Below are positions 13,734 to 27,100 of a stretch of DNA of 64,000 nucleotides, in pieces; positions within the stretch are counted from its first letter, which is position 1, and the number at the start of each line of letters is the position of its first letter. The stretch is from positions 38,326,304 through 38,390,303 of the forward strand of contig NC_092671.1 of NCBI RefSeq assembly GCF_964355755.1. Reading direction: 5' to 3'. Both the position numbers and the translations under genes were made by a program. A model generated the notes under the pieces. The model was not told the origin of the DNA. It ran no database searches and was given only the letters and a program-made list of their open reading frames with translations. The DNA is from Antedon mediterranea (Eukaryota; Animalia; Echinodermata).

Positions 13734-14359
13734 AGCCCCATTCCCTACGTTTTTTAGATATAATTTAAGATCACAAACTATATTTAATGTAAAAATAATA
13801 CTATATGGTCCTATTGCGATAACTTTTTTCGTCTTTAAACTCTTAAAAATGTGAAAAATAAATCGATTCTAATAATTATAGCGGCCCGCTATAAATCCCA
13901 AAATGCATTGCGCGCGGATTGATATTTTTGTTTTTCACCTGTAATTCGCCCACTTTTCGATCGATCGTGAAGCCAAAACAAATGGAAGACTCCTAACTTT
14001 TCAGCGAAAATATCGGGTTTTCCCCAATTTGTATCAACGGAGTCTGGCAAAAATAGAAAGACAATTAATGCAGCAACTATGCAACGTCAGGCTAGGTATA
14101 TAGCTAGCGTACGATGTTTGTACGTTATCGATGTTTACCAGCTAGGCCTACAAAACTAAGCCTAGCTAGGCTAGGCCTAAGACCGTCCACGAGAAGTCGA
14201 TCGCCGCGAGCTACTTAGGTAGTGCATTGTTTCTCACTTTTTATCATAATTTACCATAAAACGTACATTTAAGACAAGGAATGACATGGTTTAATGTTTT
14301 TAAAGTGATATATATGTATTATTTTCCAAAAAACGTCCAAAATTGCAGGGAAGGGGTCT
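13734..14359. mobile_element. 626-bp non-autonomous element, TTAA TSD (Kolobok-like), copy 1
   Basis: ttaa|AGCCCCATTCCCT...AGGGAAGGGGTCT|ttaa; near-identical inverted copy at 21343-21968. Confidence 0.82.
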
Positions 14360-15031
14360 TTAAGATACAGTAGAACCAGCCAGGCAATGAAGTATTGTAC
14401 TCAATTGCAATAGAATGCCTTCATTATTATGTTAATCACAATGGTATTGATAATAAAGAAACTATATGTAGAAGAAAGTAGTCATTTAATATTGTCATTG
14501 TCATAAAAGGAGCTGACTAAATAATAGTTTTTGGGACTATTATAAGCATTTTTTTTTGTACTTTTGGCGTTCCATACCTGCATATTGCTGACAAAATCAA
14601 CAAACATGGCCAACACGTGCTGCGTGTGCGAGCGGTGACTGGGGAGCTAGGCCCAGCTAGTTAGACCCGTTTTATCTCAAGTAAAGGGTGAGTATTGTTC
14701 AAGAATATATATACCTATCATCCTAACCATATTGTAGAATAGATAATAATAGTCACTACAGCTAGCCTGGTGTTGCCTATAAAATAAAATGTACACTTGG
14801 TTGGTATATATACGGTAGGCCTAAACTGTAGTCTGTTGTAGACGTGACTACAGCCGCAGCGTAGTGTAAAGTGGAGTAGTGTCGTGTACGTCGTATGTAT
14901 ATAGTCGATTCGCCCCAATGATAATAAATGGCAAAACGACCAGAATGGACACAGACAGTGTATTTTTAATATATTAAAATCTGAATATTAATTATTATTA
15001 TAAAATATAAATATTTTTTTAACAGATCAGG

Positions 15032-17871
15032 ATGTTTGGCAGGAGAGGGCTGGTAACAGCCAAACATTTTTTGGCCAGGTTTTGTGCTTCTCCAACATTA
15101 TTGTCCTCAACTTGTATTGCTCAGCAGCAAAGTTACTTCTTTCTCTTCAAACCTAATGATGTTCGTTGGTATTGTGCTCAGCCATGGCTTAAACTGCTAC
15201 CACCTGCAATAAACGACCCTCGTTTTATAAAGGAAAACTCCAAAGTCTCTGAGAAACAAGTTGTTCCTGTTGATGAAGGGTATGATTACAGTGTTGCGAT
15301 ACTCGAAGGTATACACGCATCTGAGACTATCGAGGACATATTTCAAGCATTTCGCGAAATCGGATCGTATATGAATGAAATTCACATTGCTAGAGCCGTA
15401 GCGCGATTGGCAGAAATGAGCCAAAGTTTACAAATTGAACCAGTTACAAATGCTGAATTAAAACCACTTCAAAGTGCATTAATTGAGAATAACAGAAGTG
15501 ATTTCACATTTATTTGTCAACTGGTTTTAAAATTTTCTGTACACATGGACAGTGAATTGTTTTTACTAACGCTGAATTCACTTCAGGTGTTAGGCTTACC
15601 GGTAAAAAGCTCATTAGTGCAAACTTTGCTAACGCAATCAAGCGAACGCTTCAACGATTTTAATCCAGAAGAGATGAAACAATATGTCAATATTCTTACT
15701 AAAATGTCTAAAGGTCAAAGTGCAGACAACCTTGTGGAAACGCTGTTGGATAGTTGCGTTGTCCTCGTTGATAAGTTTACTGAAAATTCAGAAAATATTC
15801 AACAAATTACATCAGTTCTTTTAAATCTACATGAACGATTAACAGAACAGAAACAGGAGAAGTTACTGAACAAACTGCTTGCTGTCATTGTTATTAAAAA
15901 TAACATAGAGTTCAAATCAGCAAAGTTTATCCTAAATGCCCTAGCCAGTTTGAATAAAACAAAACATCCAATCCAATACAAAGTTTTACAATTTCTTGAG
16001 GAAAACTTTAAAATCATTGACAGAAACTCTTTTACACAATTGATTTATCATTTGAATCGCTGTGGATGTGTTGGTCCCAAAAATTTACAGTTTTTCACAT
16101 CAAATATTTTAGAAAATCCACTTAAATTTTCATTTCCAAACCTAATCCAAATATCAGGAATAATGTCGTCTCATCGATTTGTCAACATCGACTTTTTCAA
16201 CCATGTTACAAAGATGGCGTTAGAAGCAGACGCATGTTTTAAAGAGTTACAGAAACTGGCTGGTATTTTTGCAGCGCTAAATCTTCGATCGATAGTCGAC
16301 CTCACTAAGTTCTGCACAAAACTTTCCCAGTTAGCATTAACGACAATAAAAGAGGATAATTTGTGTCATGATGATTGTAAACTAATCTGTTCAACAACCG
16401 CTTCTCTTGCGCAACTTGGCAACGTTCCAGAAACATTACTTCAATTCATCAATGGAGACCAGTTTCAAAAACTACTATTGAACAGTGAAGGTAATTGCTT
16501 TATTGGTAATTTTAAGTAGGCCTAAAGCTCTGTCTACACTATCAAATTTGATGTGACAAAAAAAGTGCCCATATATGGACATAATGATGTCACGTCACTA
16601 CCATATTTGGGCACATCACACTTTTTTTGTCATACTAGTTTGATAGTCCAGACAGAGCTTAAGTTTTAAGGTAAAGTAAACACTTACATAAGAATTTGCT
16701 TCAACATAATTCTCATTGTCTAATCATTTTGAATGGATGTGTATTTTTTTTTTAATAGCTTTCATTTTATCGTTAAATGGCACAACTTAAGAAGAGTTTA
16801 AAAAGTGCTAAAATACTAATTATTGATTTTGAACACTATTTTTAAAGACAAGCACATACGTCAATATTTGCACATGCTGTCGATGCTTACTGGTTCAACA
16901 TATTTGCCATCAGGACTCCCTCAAGTTGCTCATCATCAATCTACAGAAGTCCAAGATCTTATCAGAAGTGTCCTCAACGAAATAATCCCAGGGAAATGCA
17001 TTGAATGCAATGTACCCTGCACTGGTCATGTTTTGATCAACTTAGGTCAGTCATATTTAACGTAAAGTAATTATACTGTACTTATTACACAAAAATAGAG
17101 AATAATTTCGCCAGTGTAGCTTAGCAAAAGCTATAAAAACTACTTATATTATAATAAATTATGTAGCAAAAAATACAATACAAAACTATGTTGTTTATAG
17201 ACTAAAAAGTCAGTTTGATTTATAGCAATATTGTTAAACAAAATTTTAAAATGAAATTTATGTTGACGGTAATTATTAAAATTTTTGTTGCTTGTATTAA
17301 ATAATCAAGAAGATTAATTTTCTAATATGTCACATAATAACATATTTTATTATTAATTTATTTTATTTTGGACAGATTTTCTAATTGAGGGACTTGGAAA
17401 TGGCTCTCCGAGAAAGTAAGTAAATCTTTATTTATAAAGCAAGACAATTTTATTTTTATATTCTGTTTCCATGTTGTAAATAGGGATGTTTTTCATACTA
17501 CATTTTTTTTAATTGCATCAATTTCTTTATAGAACATGTTTGCTGATTGCACCATTCAGTTACTTTGCGTTTGAAAGCTCGCATCTGATTGGTCTACCAG
17601 CTGTAAAAGAAAACTACCTAAAAAACCAGGGATATTGTGTTATATGGGTGAGAATTGTCTTTAATATATCAAAGTTTATGATTAACTAATTAGTTACATT
17701 TTCAATAAGCCATCTTTGTATTATTTTTATAATTGAAATGAACTACTGTACTGTATTGAAACATTTTTTTTTATTCTTTAGATTCCGGTCCATAAATTGG
17801 AATTGATGAAAAGTACCGAAGAGAAAAGGATTTATTTAAAAGAAATTGTAAAAGATGCCCTTGCATATTAA
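15032..17871 (+). CDS. FAST kinase domain-containing mitochondrial protein, paralogue 2
   Basis: Exons 15032-16490, 16848-17045, 17376-17415, 17533-17647, 17782-17871 in frame, with the same intron phases (1,1,2,0) as paralogue 1. Presequence MFGRRGL; degenerate RAP domain (CLLIAP..LIGLPAVKENYLKNQGYCVIWIP). Confidence 0.75.
16526..16659. mobile_element. MITE family B (PIF/Harbinger-like, TAA TSD)
   Basis: taa|AGCTCTGTCTACACTATCAAA...TTTGATAGTCCAGACAGAGCT|taa. Related copies at ~2914-3062, 4628-4760, 13620-13730, 25560-25760, 25825-25905, 32594-32715, 35716-35790. Confidence 0.8.
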
Positions 17872-18648
17872 AAATAAGAACTTAGTACTGTAGATAAAAA
17901 TTAGATAAACTGTAGTACTGTTATTGATTAACACATGAACTAAGCAATGACCAAATAATAGAGGGGGCTATCACATTTTAAAAATTTGCCAACCCCCCAC
18001 CGATAGAGGTGAATTGAAATATAAAATTACAGAGGGCGCTATGTAAATAAATCGAATACTACTAGACTGCTGTTGTGTGTGTGTATAGAAAAAATTTAAA
18101 ATGGAAAAACATAAGAAACGCATACATTTGGACTTATAATTTACAATTAATTTAGAGCTATAATGTTAAAACCAATGTTTTAGTCGGTGTAGATGTGTAT
18201 AGAGATTAAAACAATTATTGTAAAAGATTAATTTGAGTAGACTTTGACCTTTATAATTTAATATAAGAAAAATGATGTGATGGAAATTTCCACACTGCAT
18301 GTGAGGGGCAGTACCTTTACCGTTTACAAATTTCTTGCGCGTCAGACTAAACCATTTTTGGCATAGGGGTATATATAGTAATTGTTGTTAGTAGGTACTA
18401 TATATTTATGTATTTTCAATACATTATTATTTAAAATACTTAAGCCTGTATTGATTACAAATACTGTATATCTTTAAATGTAACTGGTTTTAAGATAATA
18501 TTTTGCTTAAAATACACACGCTCGCTCTCTCCCGATGAGTTTAACCCCCATTTTATAATTGTTCATGCCATTATAAACAACAAAATCAAACCTGGACGTT
18601 TAGCTGGAAGTTTTTTACATCGTTTTGTAATTTGAAACCAATAAAATA

Positions 18649-20758
18649 ATGAATACATTTAAGATGTTGTCTTTTATCAGATGTAATACTAAAATATTAA
18701 GAATTGTTGTACCAAGAATACAGCAATCAAGCGGTCTCCGATTTAAGAGCAACCTCGCTGCTGATGCCCAATCTTGCTCACTGACAGGTAGGTAGGCTTG
18801 TCACAGACAGTGTAAAGTAGTCGTTTATGATTTTCATACGTGGTTGTGGGGGTGAGTGGAGTGAGTCCCTTTATTAAAGCTTAGTTAGAGGTAGGGCTAA
18901 GCCTATCAATTACATTTACTTATTTCTTTCAATTTTTAATGTATATATTTTGTTTAAATGATGATGTATTATTGTTGTAGACTATATATGTTATGCGCGA
19001 TTTGAACGATTTGCGCAATTTGAAATTGCGCAAAAAAATCCTTGCGCAATTTGAAATTGCGCAAAGAATTCTTGCGCAATTTAAAATTGCGCAAGGATTT
19101 TTTTGCGCAATTTCAAATTGCGCAATCAACTTGCGCAATTTCAAATTGCGCAAGAAAATCTTTGCGCAATTTTAAATTGCGCTGCACAATTTGTAAATTG
19201 CGCAAGATAGTTCTTGCGCAAAATGACACCTTTGCGCAATTTGAAAACGAACTGTAAATTTTCAAATTGCGCAACAAAATTCTACCAGACAATCGGTATT
19301 ATAATAATTTATTGGAAACTAAATAACTCAAAATAAAACATAATAAATGCGAAGATAACATGTGTATTACAATTAAATAATATTATCACTGTAACTTGAA
19401 ATAAATCAAAATAAATGTAAAAATTAAGTTTTTAATATTAGTTTAAGCTAGGCCATGTAACCTAGTCAGTATCAGTAGTCCAGACCCTAGCTAGGCTAGA
19501 GTAGTATAGCCGGCCGCCCGCGCCACGCCCGCCTGGTGGAACACCACCGCTTCGTTTTCCTTCGTCGGTTCTTCGACGGTATGCTAACTTATAACAATAT
19601 TTGCACTACTAAAATAAGGAAATGCGATATTTATCTTTAATTTTGAATCATTCTTAGAAATTACTATAAAAATATGGGTGTGCATGATTTCACAATCTGT
19701 CGAAAAACCTTGCGCAATTTGCAGATTACTTGCGCAATTTAATACGTTGCTTGCGCAATTTGAAACACATGTTTCAATTCAAATTGCGCAAGGATTTTTT
19801 TTGCGCAATTTCAAATTGCGCAAATCGTTCAAATCGCGCATAACATATATAAACATAAATAATCTGAAAAGTTTTTTTACAGTGATATTGATTGATAGGA
19901 ATAACATTATTTTTATGTTTTAATTTTCTATTTAAATAATTTTATTTTTTGTGAAGAGTGGGCAGCGAAGGCAACAAATGCTGACTGGGAAAATGTGTTG
20001 ACGCCAGAACAGTACTTTGTTTGTCGAGAAGGGGGTACAGAACAAGTAAGTATGTTAAAACACTGGCTATTGTATTAAATATATATTTTTCCCCCTAAAA
20101 AAATAATTTTTAAAATTTTTGTTGTTGAAATGCCATTTTAATGTCATATAATGTATGTAAATGTATTAAATTGATGTTTTGTTTTCCAACAGCCATTTAC
20201 TGGTATCAATTTTAGTAATTTTGATGAAGGAGTTTACAGATGTGTTTGTTGTTCATCCACATTATTCAGGTAAGTAACCCTTCTGCAAAATAATGCATTT
20301 TATTTTTTAACAACTAAAACAATAACTGTGCAATAAAAAAGATATGCATTATTCCATTCAATAATTATTAATAATACTGAGGTATTTTTTATTGATATTT
20401 AGTTCTGAAGCCAAATACGATTCTGGCTACGGTTGGCCGTCATTCCACTGGGCCGAGAAAGATGGACCATCATGCAGCGTGATGCAAAGACAAGATACGG
20501 GAATTGCGGTCACTCAAGTTCTTTGTTCACATGTAAGTTTTTTTCATCATGAGCAAATAGCAAAGTGGGGTAGATGGTAAATTATATTGACTATATGTAT
20601 ATTGAGAATTTGTTTTATTATTAAAAAGAAATATACATTTATATTTTTATTTTTTTTAGTGCGAATCTCAGCTTGGACATATATTACAAGATTCTAATGA
20701 TTCGTCAATGGATTGTTATTGCATTAACAGTGAAGCACTCCAATTCGAACCTAAATAA
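18649..20758 (+). CDS. msrB: Methionine-R-sulfoxide reductase B (MSRB2/3-like, probably mitochondrial), divergent active site
   Basis: Exons 18649-18787, 19957-20045, 20193-20269, 20403-20532, 20660-20758 in frame. Motifs LTPEQYFVCREGGTEQPFTG, CVCC, KYDSGYGWPSF, CSHC, LGH, YCINSEALQF. Confidence 0.88.
18989..19845. mobile_element. MITE family A copy 3, in msrB intron 1
   Basis: Same TIRs, different internal segment near 19270-19420; flanking duplication TATATA. Confidence 0.88.
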
Positions 20759-21342
20759 ACTCTTGGTATTCCAGTTAATAGGAAGATTTTGCAACCTTAC
20801 GAATACGATAACACAAACGGATACGTCGCACATTTGTGAAACTTTTGAGCTGATCCCTATTTCATATTCGTAAAGCGTTTTCGTGTTGACGAATATCACC
20901 AGTCATATTCGTAACTACAAAACGAGTATAGTTTTTGATCTATTTTGCATTTTGAATCAGGAATGATTCATGATTATAATATAATTATAGATTTATTGAA
21001 AGTAATTTACTAAAATGCCAGGTCAATTTTGGTAAATAGCAGTTTTTAAAGTTCTCACTCACTTTGATGTTACACTAGGCCTAGGCAGCCAAGCACCAAG
21101 CAATACGTACCTGCGCTTCAAATTTACCGCAGTCATATTTTGGATGGCACCCTCAATACTTCGTTGCTATGCGAAACAGATTTTTACTGGCTTACGAAAA
21201 ACGAAGAGAAAAAAAGCCAAGGCGCACATAAGCAAGGGTTTTTCGTCTTAAGACATCATTTCCTGCCCTCTAGAGTTTAATTTTGCGCATGCGCAAACAT
21301 TTAGCAATTTTGTTGCTAAGACAGTTTGATAAATAAGCTTAA

Positions 21343-21968
21343 AGACCCCTTCTTTGCAATTTTGGACGTTTTTTGGAAAATAATACATATATATCACTTT
21401 AAAAACATTAAACCATGTCATTCCTTGTCTTAAATGTACGTTTTATGGTAAATTATGATAAAAAGTGAGAAACAATGCACTACCTAAGTAGCTCGCGGCG
21501 ATCGACCTCTCGTGGACGGTCTTAGGCCTAGCCTAGCTAGGCTTAGTTTTGTAGGCCTAGCTGGTAAACATCGATAACGTACGAACATCGTACGCTAGCT
21601 ATATACCTAGCCTGACGTTGTATAGTTGCTGCATTAATTGTCTTTCTATTTTTGCCAGGCTCCGTTGATACAAATTGGGGAAAACCCGGTATTTTCGCTG
21701 AAAAGTTAGGAGTCTTCCATTTGTTTTGGCTTCACGATCGATCGAAAAGTGGGCGAATTACAGGTGAAAAACAAAAATATCAATCCGCGGGCAATGCATT
21801 TTGGGATTTATAGCGGGCCGCTATAATTATTAGAATCGATTTATTTTTCACATTTTTAACCGTTTAAAGACGAAAAAAGTTATCTCAATAGGACCATATA
21901 GTATTATTTTTACATTAAATATAGTTTGTGATCTTAAATTAGATCTAAAAAACGTAGGGAATGGGGCT
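21343..21968. mobile_element. 626-bp non-autonomous element, TTAA TSD (Kolobok-like), copy 2
   Basis: Reverse complement of 13734-14359, same length, TTAA on both sides. Confidence 0.82.
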
Positions 21969-23122
21969 TTAAGCACTTTTGAAATATTATAGCTTAAACA
22001 AAAATATAAGCAAGCAAATTTTGATAAATGCCAACCCTGGGCCTACAATTAGTGAAATGAAGTGTTGAACTCAATTTGATGTACTATCTTTTGCATTTAA
22101 ATTTGTGAACTTAGAAGGGGCCTGGGCCAGCTGCCCAAATCTGCCCCAAGATCTAGTAAATAACTTCTCATTGAAAGTAATTATTTTTTTTATTGATTTT
22201 GAGAATGGTTTGAAAATCTTTCTCGTTTTACAATTTACCAGTTATTATTCTTAGCTTTAATACCGGATAGTATTGAAATAAGGTGCAATGTTCTTTGTAA
22301 GTTGTATTTCTATGCTTTTTATTGAACAGGACATTTTGACAACATTCTGATTTTCTAGAAACATTAGGAATTGAGTAAATACTTATAGCATTGTATATAA
22401 TAGTGAGTGGGACAGTGATTGTTGATGGGGAAGGGTTGATGAGTAAGGGGTGGGGCTGATAGAGAAGGGGGTGGCGCTGATGGGGTGCATAGGATAATTT
22501 GAAATGCTACTTACAAAACAGTATTAATTGTTAATATGTTTACAAACGTCTACATTTTTAATTGTTTGGGTATTTAGTTTAACATGTTGAAAGTTAAAAA
22601 CCAATTACAAATATGCAGTTATAGTTTTTGTACATAATTATATAACATACCTGAATTTAGAGTAAAACAATAGAATTAAAACTCAATACTAAAATATGAT
22701 TTACTTAAATAAATTGCTATAATTGTTGGTAAGAATTAATAAAAGTATATTATGTGATAGGTTTAGTGCTAAGGTTTGATATTTTAAATAGCCTATGGTT
22801 GATATTTGCATACACATTTTCTAAATAAAAACAGTTTACAAATGGTAAAGATTGTTATAATAATTTTCATTTTAATAACCCATTTTTAATACATTATTTC
22901 TGATACTAAAGCGTCCTGGTTTTAGTACACATTGTTTAAAAAACATTTCCCCAAAATACAAGTAAATCAAGCATTTCTTCATTGTCATGTTTATATACTT
23001 TGCAGCGTAGATCTGTTGTTAAATCTCCTGGACTGCATACATTAATGTCACCAGCAAAGTTGTTATCTACCTCCATACAGTTTTTGCTTTCATTCATTCG
23101 AAGCACACAGACTATATTTGGT

Positions 23123-23302
23123 TCATGCTGATTTTTTAACATCAATTGATTCAGCTACAAGTTCATTTTTAGTAGCGTTCTTGTTCTTGAAGAACTTGTT
23201 CACTCTCTGGCCAACCAGTATTGTACCATAACCAGTCAATATCAGCATTCCAACTGTGAATGATTTGTATCCAACATCAGCCACACGTACACCAAGACTC
23301 AT
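23123..23302 (-). CDS. COX14: Cytochrome c oxidase assembly protein COX14 (59 aa, below ORF-track cutoff)
   Basis: MSLGVRVADVGYKSFTVGMLILTGYGTILVGQRVNKFFKNK... matches the COX14 pattern ADxGYKxF..MxxLTxYG..RV with one TM helix. Splice acceptor just upstream of the ATG. Confidence 0.85.
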   Translation of the reverse strand: MSLGVRVADVGYKSFTVGMLILTGYGTILVGQRVNKFFKNKNATKNELVAESIDVKKSA

Positions 23303-23689
23303 CTTGATATCTCTGCTGGGATATAAAAAGAAAGAATTGTAAAATAAAATGTTATGTTGACTGTTTCGCCAGTTGACCTAAACAAAAAATTTGATGAGAG
23401 CTTCTTACTTTAGTAAAGATCCTTATCCAATCATCAGCCTAGAGTGGGCGAAACGTCCTGGGATATCCACGTTCTGGGACGCCACGCCACCTTTTAGCAT
23501 ATTACTCTAGCTAGTACCACTCTAGTTAGGGCCTAGTAGCTAGGTAGGCCTGATAAATATATGCTACAGGCTAGCTAGGCCTATCTGTAGACTGTATATT
23601 TGGCCTATTTATATTGGTGAAAGAACTATAAAACATTCAAGCCTAATTTAATCATTTGCGTTTTTAAAATGAAACAATAATACCTTTAA

Positions 23690-24134
23690 TAAACTAGGCC
23701 TAGGCCGTTCTTGTGTCCGTCGTGGAAAACGTGACGGAGAAATCGACAGCAGCATGATACCGCCCTCTGTTGTTTGGTGAGTCAATAATGGATCCGACCT
23801 TTAAAAAAGTTAAATTTACAAATAAAGTTGGCTCTCAGAGATGACATAAATTATGTAAAAAGTCGAGATTTATTGTAAGATTTGATTTAATATTTGACTG
23901 TTTATCAAAATCCTAATTTACTATGAGCGTGGGTCTATTTATTGAAATATATCCTGTTGGATATTGGTTTTTCTTGGTCTTTTTTATGATTGCATGTTAA
24001 GCAAGAGCTCTGAGTGGATATGATTTTGTGTGATGACTTTCGGTTTTTTCAATTTCGCATGCGAGAGTCCGAGTCAACAATCCCCCAAAGTTTTCAGATA
24101 AAAGAACAGAAACAGTACATTTATACAAATTAAG
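23690..24134. promoter_or_regulatory. Probable bidirectional promoter COX14/PSMA2
   Basis: Head-to-head starts ~830 bp apart; CpG patches; NRF1-like TCGCATGCGA near 24055; CTAG-rich flanks. Confidence 0.5.
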
Positions 24135-27100
24135 ATGACTGAACGATATAGTTTTTCATTAACAACTTTTAGGTAGGGTTTTTATCGTTTTAAAATTATA
24201 TTGATAGATTGAAATGTGCTAGCTAGCTAGCCCTAGACCTAGGCCGGCTAGACTCACGGCTAGACTAGGGAAGCGGTCTAGATTGGTCGGCCGGGTCACC
24301 TATAATAAGAGTAGAGTAGAGCGAGGATAGGACCGAAACTGGGCCGGCCTAGGTAGTACTATACTACTAGGCCTATGTTTTGTATGCAACGATTGCAGAA
24401 TTTGAAATTGTTTTATTCTTTTTGTGAAGTTCTTTTATTTATTAACTTGCATTATAAAGTAGGGCCAGAGGCCTAGACTAGAGGCTAGGACTAATATACA
24501 GTATGTCTAATTTAATTATGTATGTACCATAAAATTAACAAGTTTATCATAATATTGAAAAATAACTTGCAATTGTGCAATTTGAAGCAACTAATTTGAT
24601 TCACGTTGCACAAAAGTAAGAGTTCTTGGTTCTGCAAAGAGCAATAAGGAGCTGAAGCACAATAGGGTATGATGAATCTCATAATTCCTGACATCAAATC
24701 ATTTTTATACTTTCAGTCCATCAGGCAAACTTGTTCAGATTGAGTATGCACTCAACGCAGTTGCTGCCGGAGCATCCTCCGTTGGGATCAAAGCTTCAAA
24801 TGGTGTTGTCATAGCAACAGAGAAAAAGCAAAAATCGATTCTTTATGATGAACATAGCATTAATAAGGTTGAAATGATTACAAAGAATATTGGAATGGTG
24901 TACAGCGGAATGGGTCCAGACTACAGGTATAGTCATCATTCACAGTGATATAATTAAAATGTGGTACACTACCATATTTATTTGAATAAAAGCCTTTGAA
25001 TAAACCCCACCCCATAGAACATCATTTTGATTATACACCTCCTCTTTATTTGTAGTAGAATTCATTGATTGACATGATCTACAATATACAGTACAGCAGT
25101 TTGTTGTATTTTATCACTTTTTGTATTTTATCACTTAATTGTGTTGTATTTTTTAATATCTAGGGTGTATTTATTTGATTATACAACGCAAAAAAGTAAA
25201 TGCCTCCTCCAGGGTGTTTATTCAAATAAATACTGTATTTATTAAATGTTATTGCCTATTTTTACAGTGTGTGTTTGTGCTACTTTTACACCTACTCAGA
25301 TTATCTTTAGGCTTATTTACTGATCACAGCAAGTAACACTAATACATACCCTTTTATTAGTTTATCTTTAAATATGGACACTTAGTTCATATTTTTCTTT
25401 TGTTTAACTCTTATTTCTATCTTTGTACTTAGAGTTTTGGTTAGACGGGCACGTAAGTTGGCCCAGCAATACTATATGGTTTATCAAGAACAGATACCAA
25501 CAGCACAACTTGTACACAAAGTAGCCTCAGTTATGCAAGAATATACACAATCTGGGTAATAAAGTTTGATAAAAAAGTGTGATGTGCCCAAATATGGTAG
25601 TGATATGCCCAAATATGGTAGTGATATGCCCAAATATGGTAGTGATATGCCCAAATATGGTAGTGATATGCCCAAATATGGTAGTGATATGCCCAAATAT
25701 GGTAGTGATATGACGACATCAATTTTTTTGTCACATAAAGTTTGATAGTGTAGACAGAGCGTTAATCTTTTATTTATTAACATAATTAATTGTACAATTT
25801 ATCAAGCATTTGCTAAAACCAAATGTGTGGTGTGCCCAAATATGGTAATGATAGGCTCAAATATGGTAGTGATATATCATGACAATATATGGGCACATCA
25901 CATCTTTCTTAGTCTTAAATTATGAATATCAATTATAAGTCCATGATTTCGGTAAAATCAATCTATACTGAACTCACTGCTTCTTTATTTCTAGGTATGT
26001 CTTAGTTAGAAACTAAGTTTAAAATTTTATTAAAAACCATTTTTAATTTGATTATTACTTAATTTAATTATATTTTTTAAGTGGTGTTCGACCATTTGGT
26101 GTTTCTTTACTGGTTGCTGGCTGGGATGATGATGACCAAAAACCGTTTCTTTTTCAATGTGATCCTTCTGGTGCTTACTTTCCATGGAAAGCAACGGCAA
26201 TGGGAAAGAATTTTGTAAATGGGAAGACATTCCTGGAAAAGCGATACAACGAAGAATTGGAATTGGATGATGCAGTTCACACAGCAATTCTTACACTTAA
26301 GGTGGTTCTTTTATTTTTGTACAAAAGTTTTTTATTAAAAGCTTGGTTCCTACTTGGACACAACGTAGAGGCAACGCAATGAGTTAATCAATCACAAGCG
26401 GCAGTTCAGATGATCTATCATGATTGGTCTTGCAGTGCGCTTACGTCCTTGCATTGCGTCCAAGTGGGAAACAAGGTTGAAGTAATATACTGTTCATTTT
26501 GAGTTTTTAAGCATTGATAGAAGGGAACTCTAGTGGTCTTTTTAAGGAGCAGGAAAGGGCAGTTTTCTTTCAATATGAATTGAATTTGTTTTTTGTTTTT
26601 TTTCTCTCTTTTGTGGGGGTCACCCACATTTATTCATTCCTTTTACAAATATATATTATATAACATACATACATTTTTGTAAAAATATAAAACAATAAAA
26701 TTCAATATATTAGTTAAAAAGGCACTATATCTATACATGTAGGCTACATAAAATCGATGGAGTAAAAGTATGCTTTAAAAACGTACATTTTATGTTTAAT
26801 GCAAGTTATAGTAAAAGTACGACTATCATTTAAATTTACTTTATATTAAGAAATGTATTAAAAATTAGCTGTTTCTTTTATTATTTTTAAATCAGTACTC
26901 ACAATTTTTTATGTTTCTTTTCCTTTTGACCTTGTATAACATCCATTACAATACACCCATACACACATTGATAGACCTATTTACATTTACGAATCAGTTT
27001 AACATAGTTATTATAACATTTGTTTCATTCCACTATTTCTAAACCTTAAAGTTCTGTTCTTACTATGTTGGCTATTTACATTTGTTTGTTTACTTATATG

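Noticed and set aside
16759-16790. Alternative acceptor for FASTK-2 exon 2
   Set aside because: Leads to TAA within about 10 codons; 16848 keeps the frame.
20660-20940. Selenoprotein MsrB1 with SECIS
   Set aside because: Catalytic codon is TGC (Cys); no in-frame TGA.
21020-21340. Promoter-like patch (TGCGCATGCGCA) with no gene
   Set aside because: No exon found; probably part of an older repeat hosting the TTAA element.
22936-23145. 69-aa minus-strand ORF
   Set aside because: Overlaps the COX14 stop and 3'UTR in another frame; no recognisable motif.
25484-25783. ORFs with ISLPYLG / YHYHIWA repeats
   Set aside because: 21-bp tandem repeat within a MITE, antisense to PSMA2.
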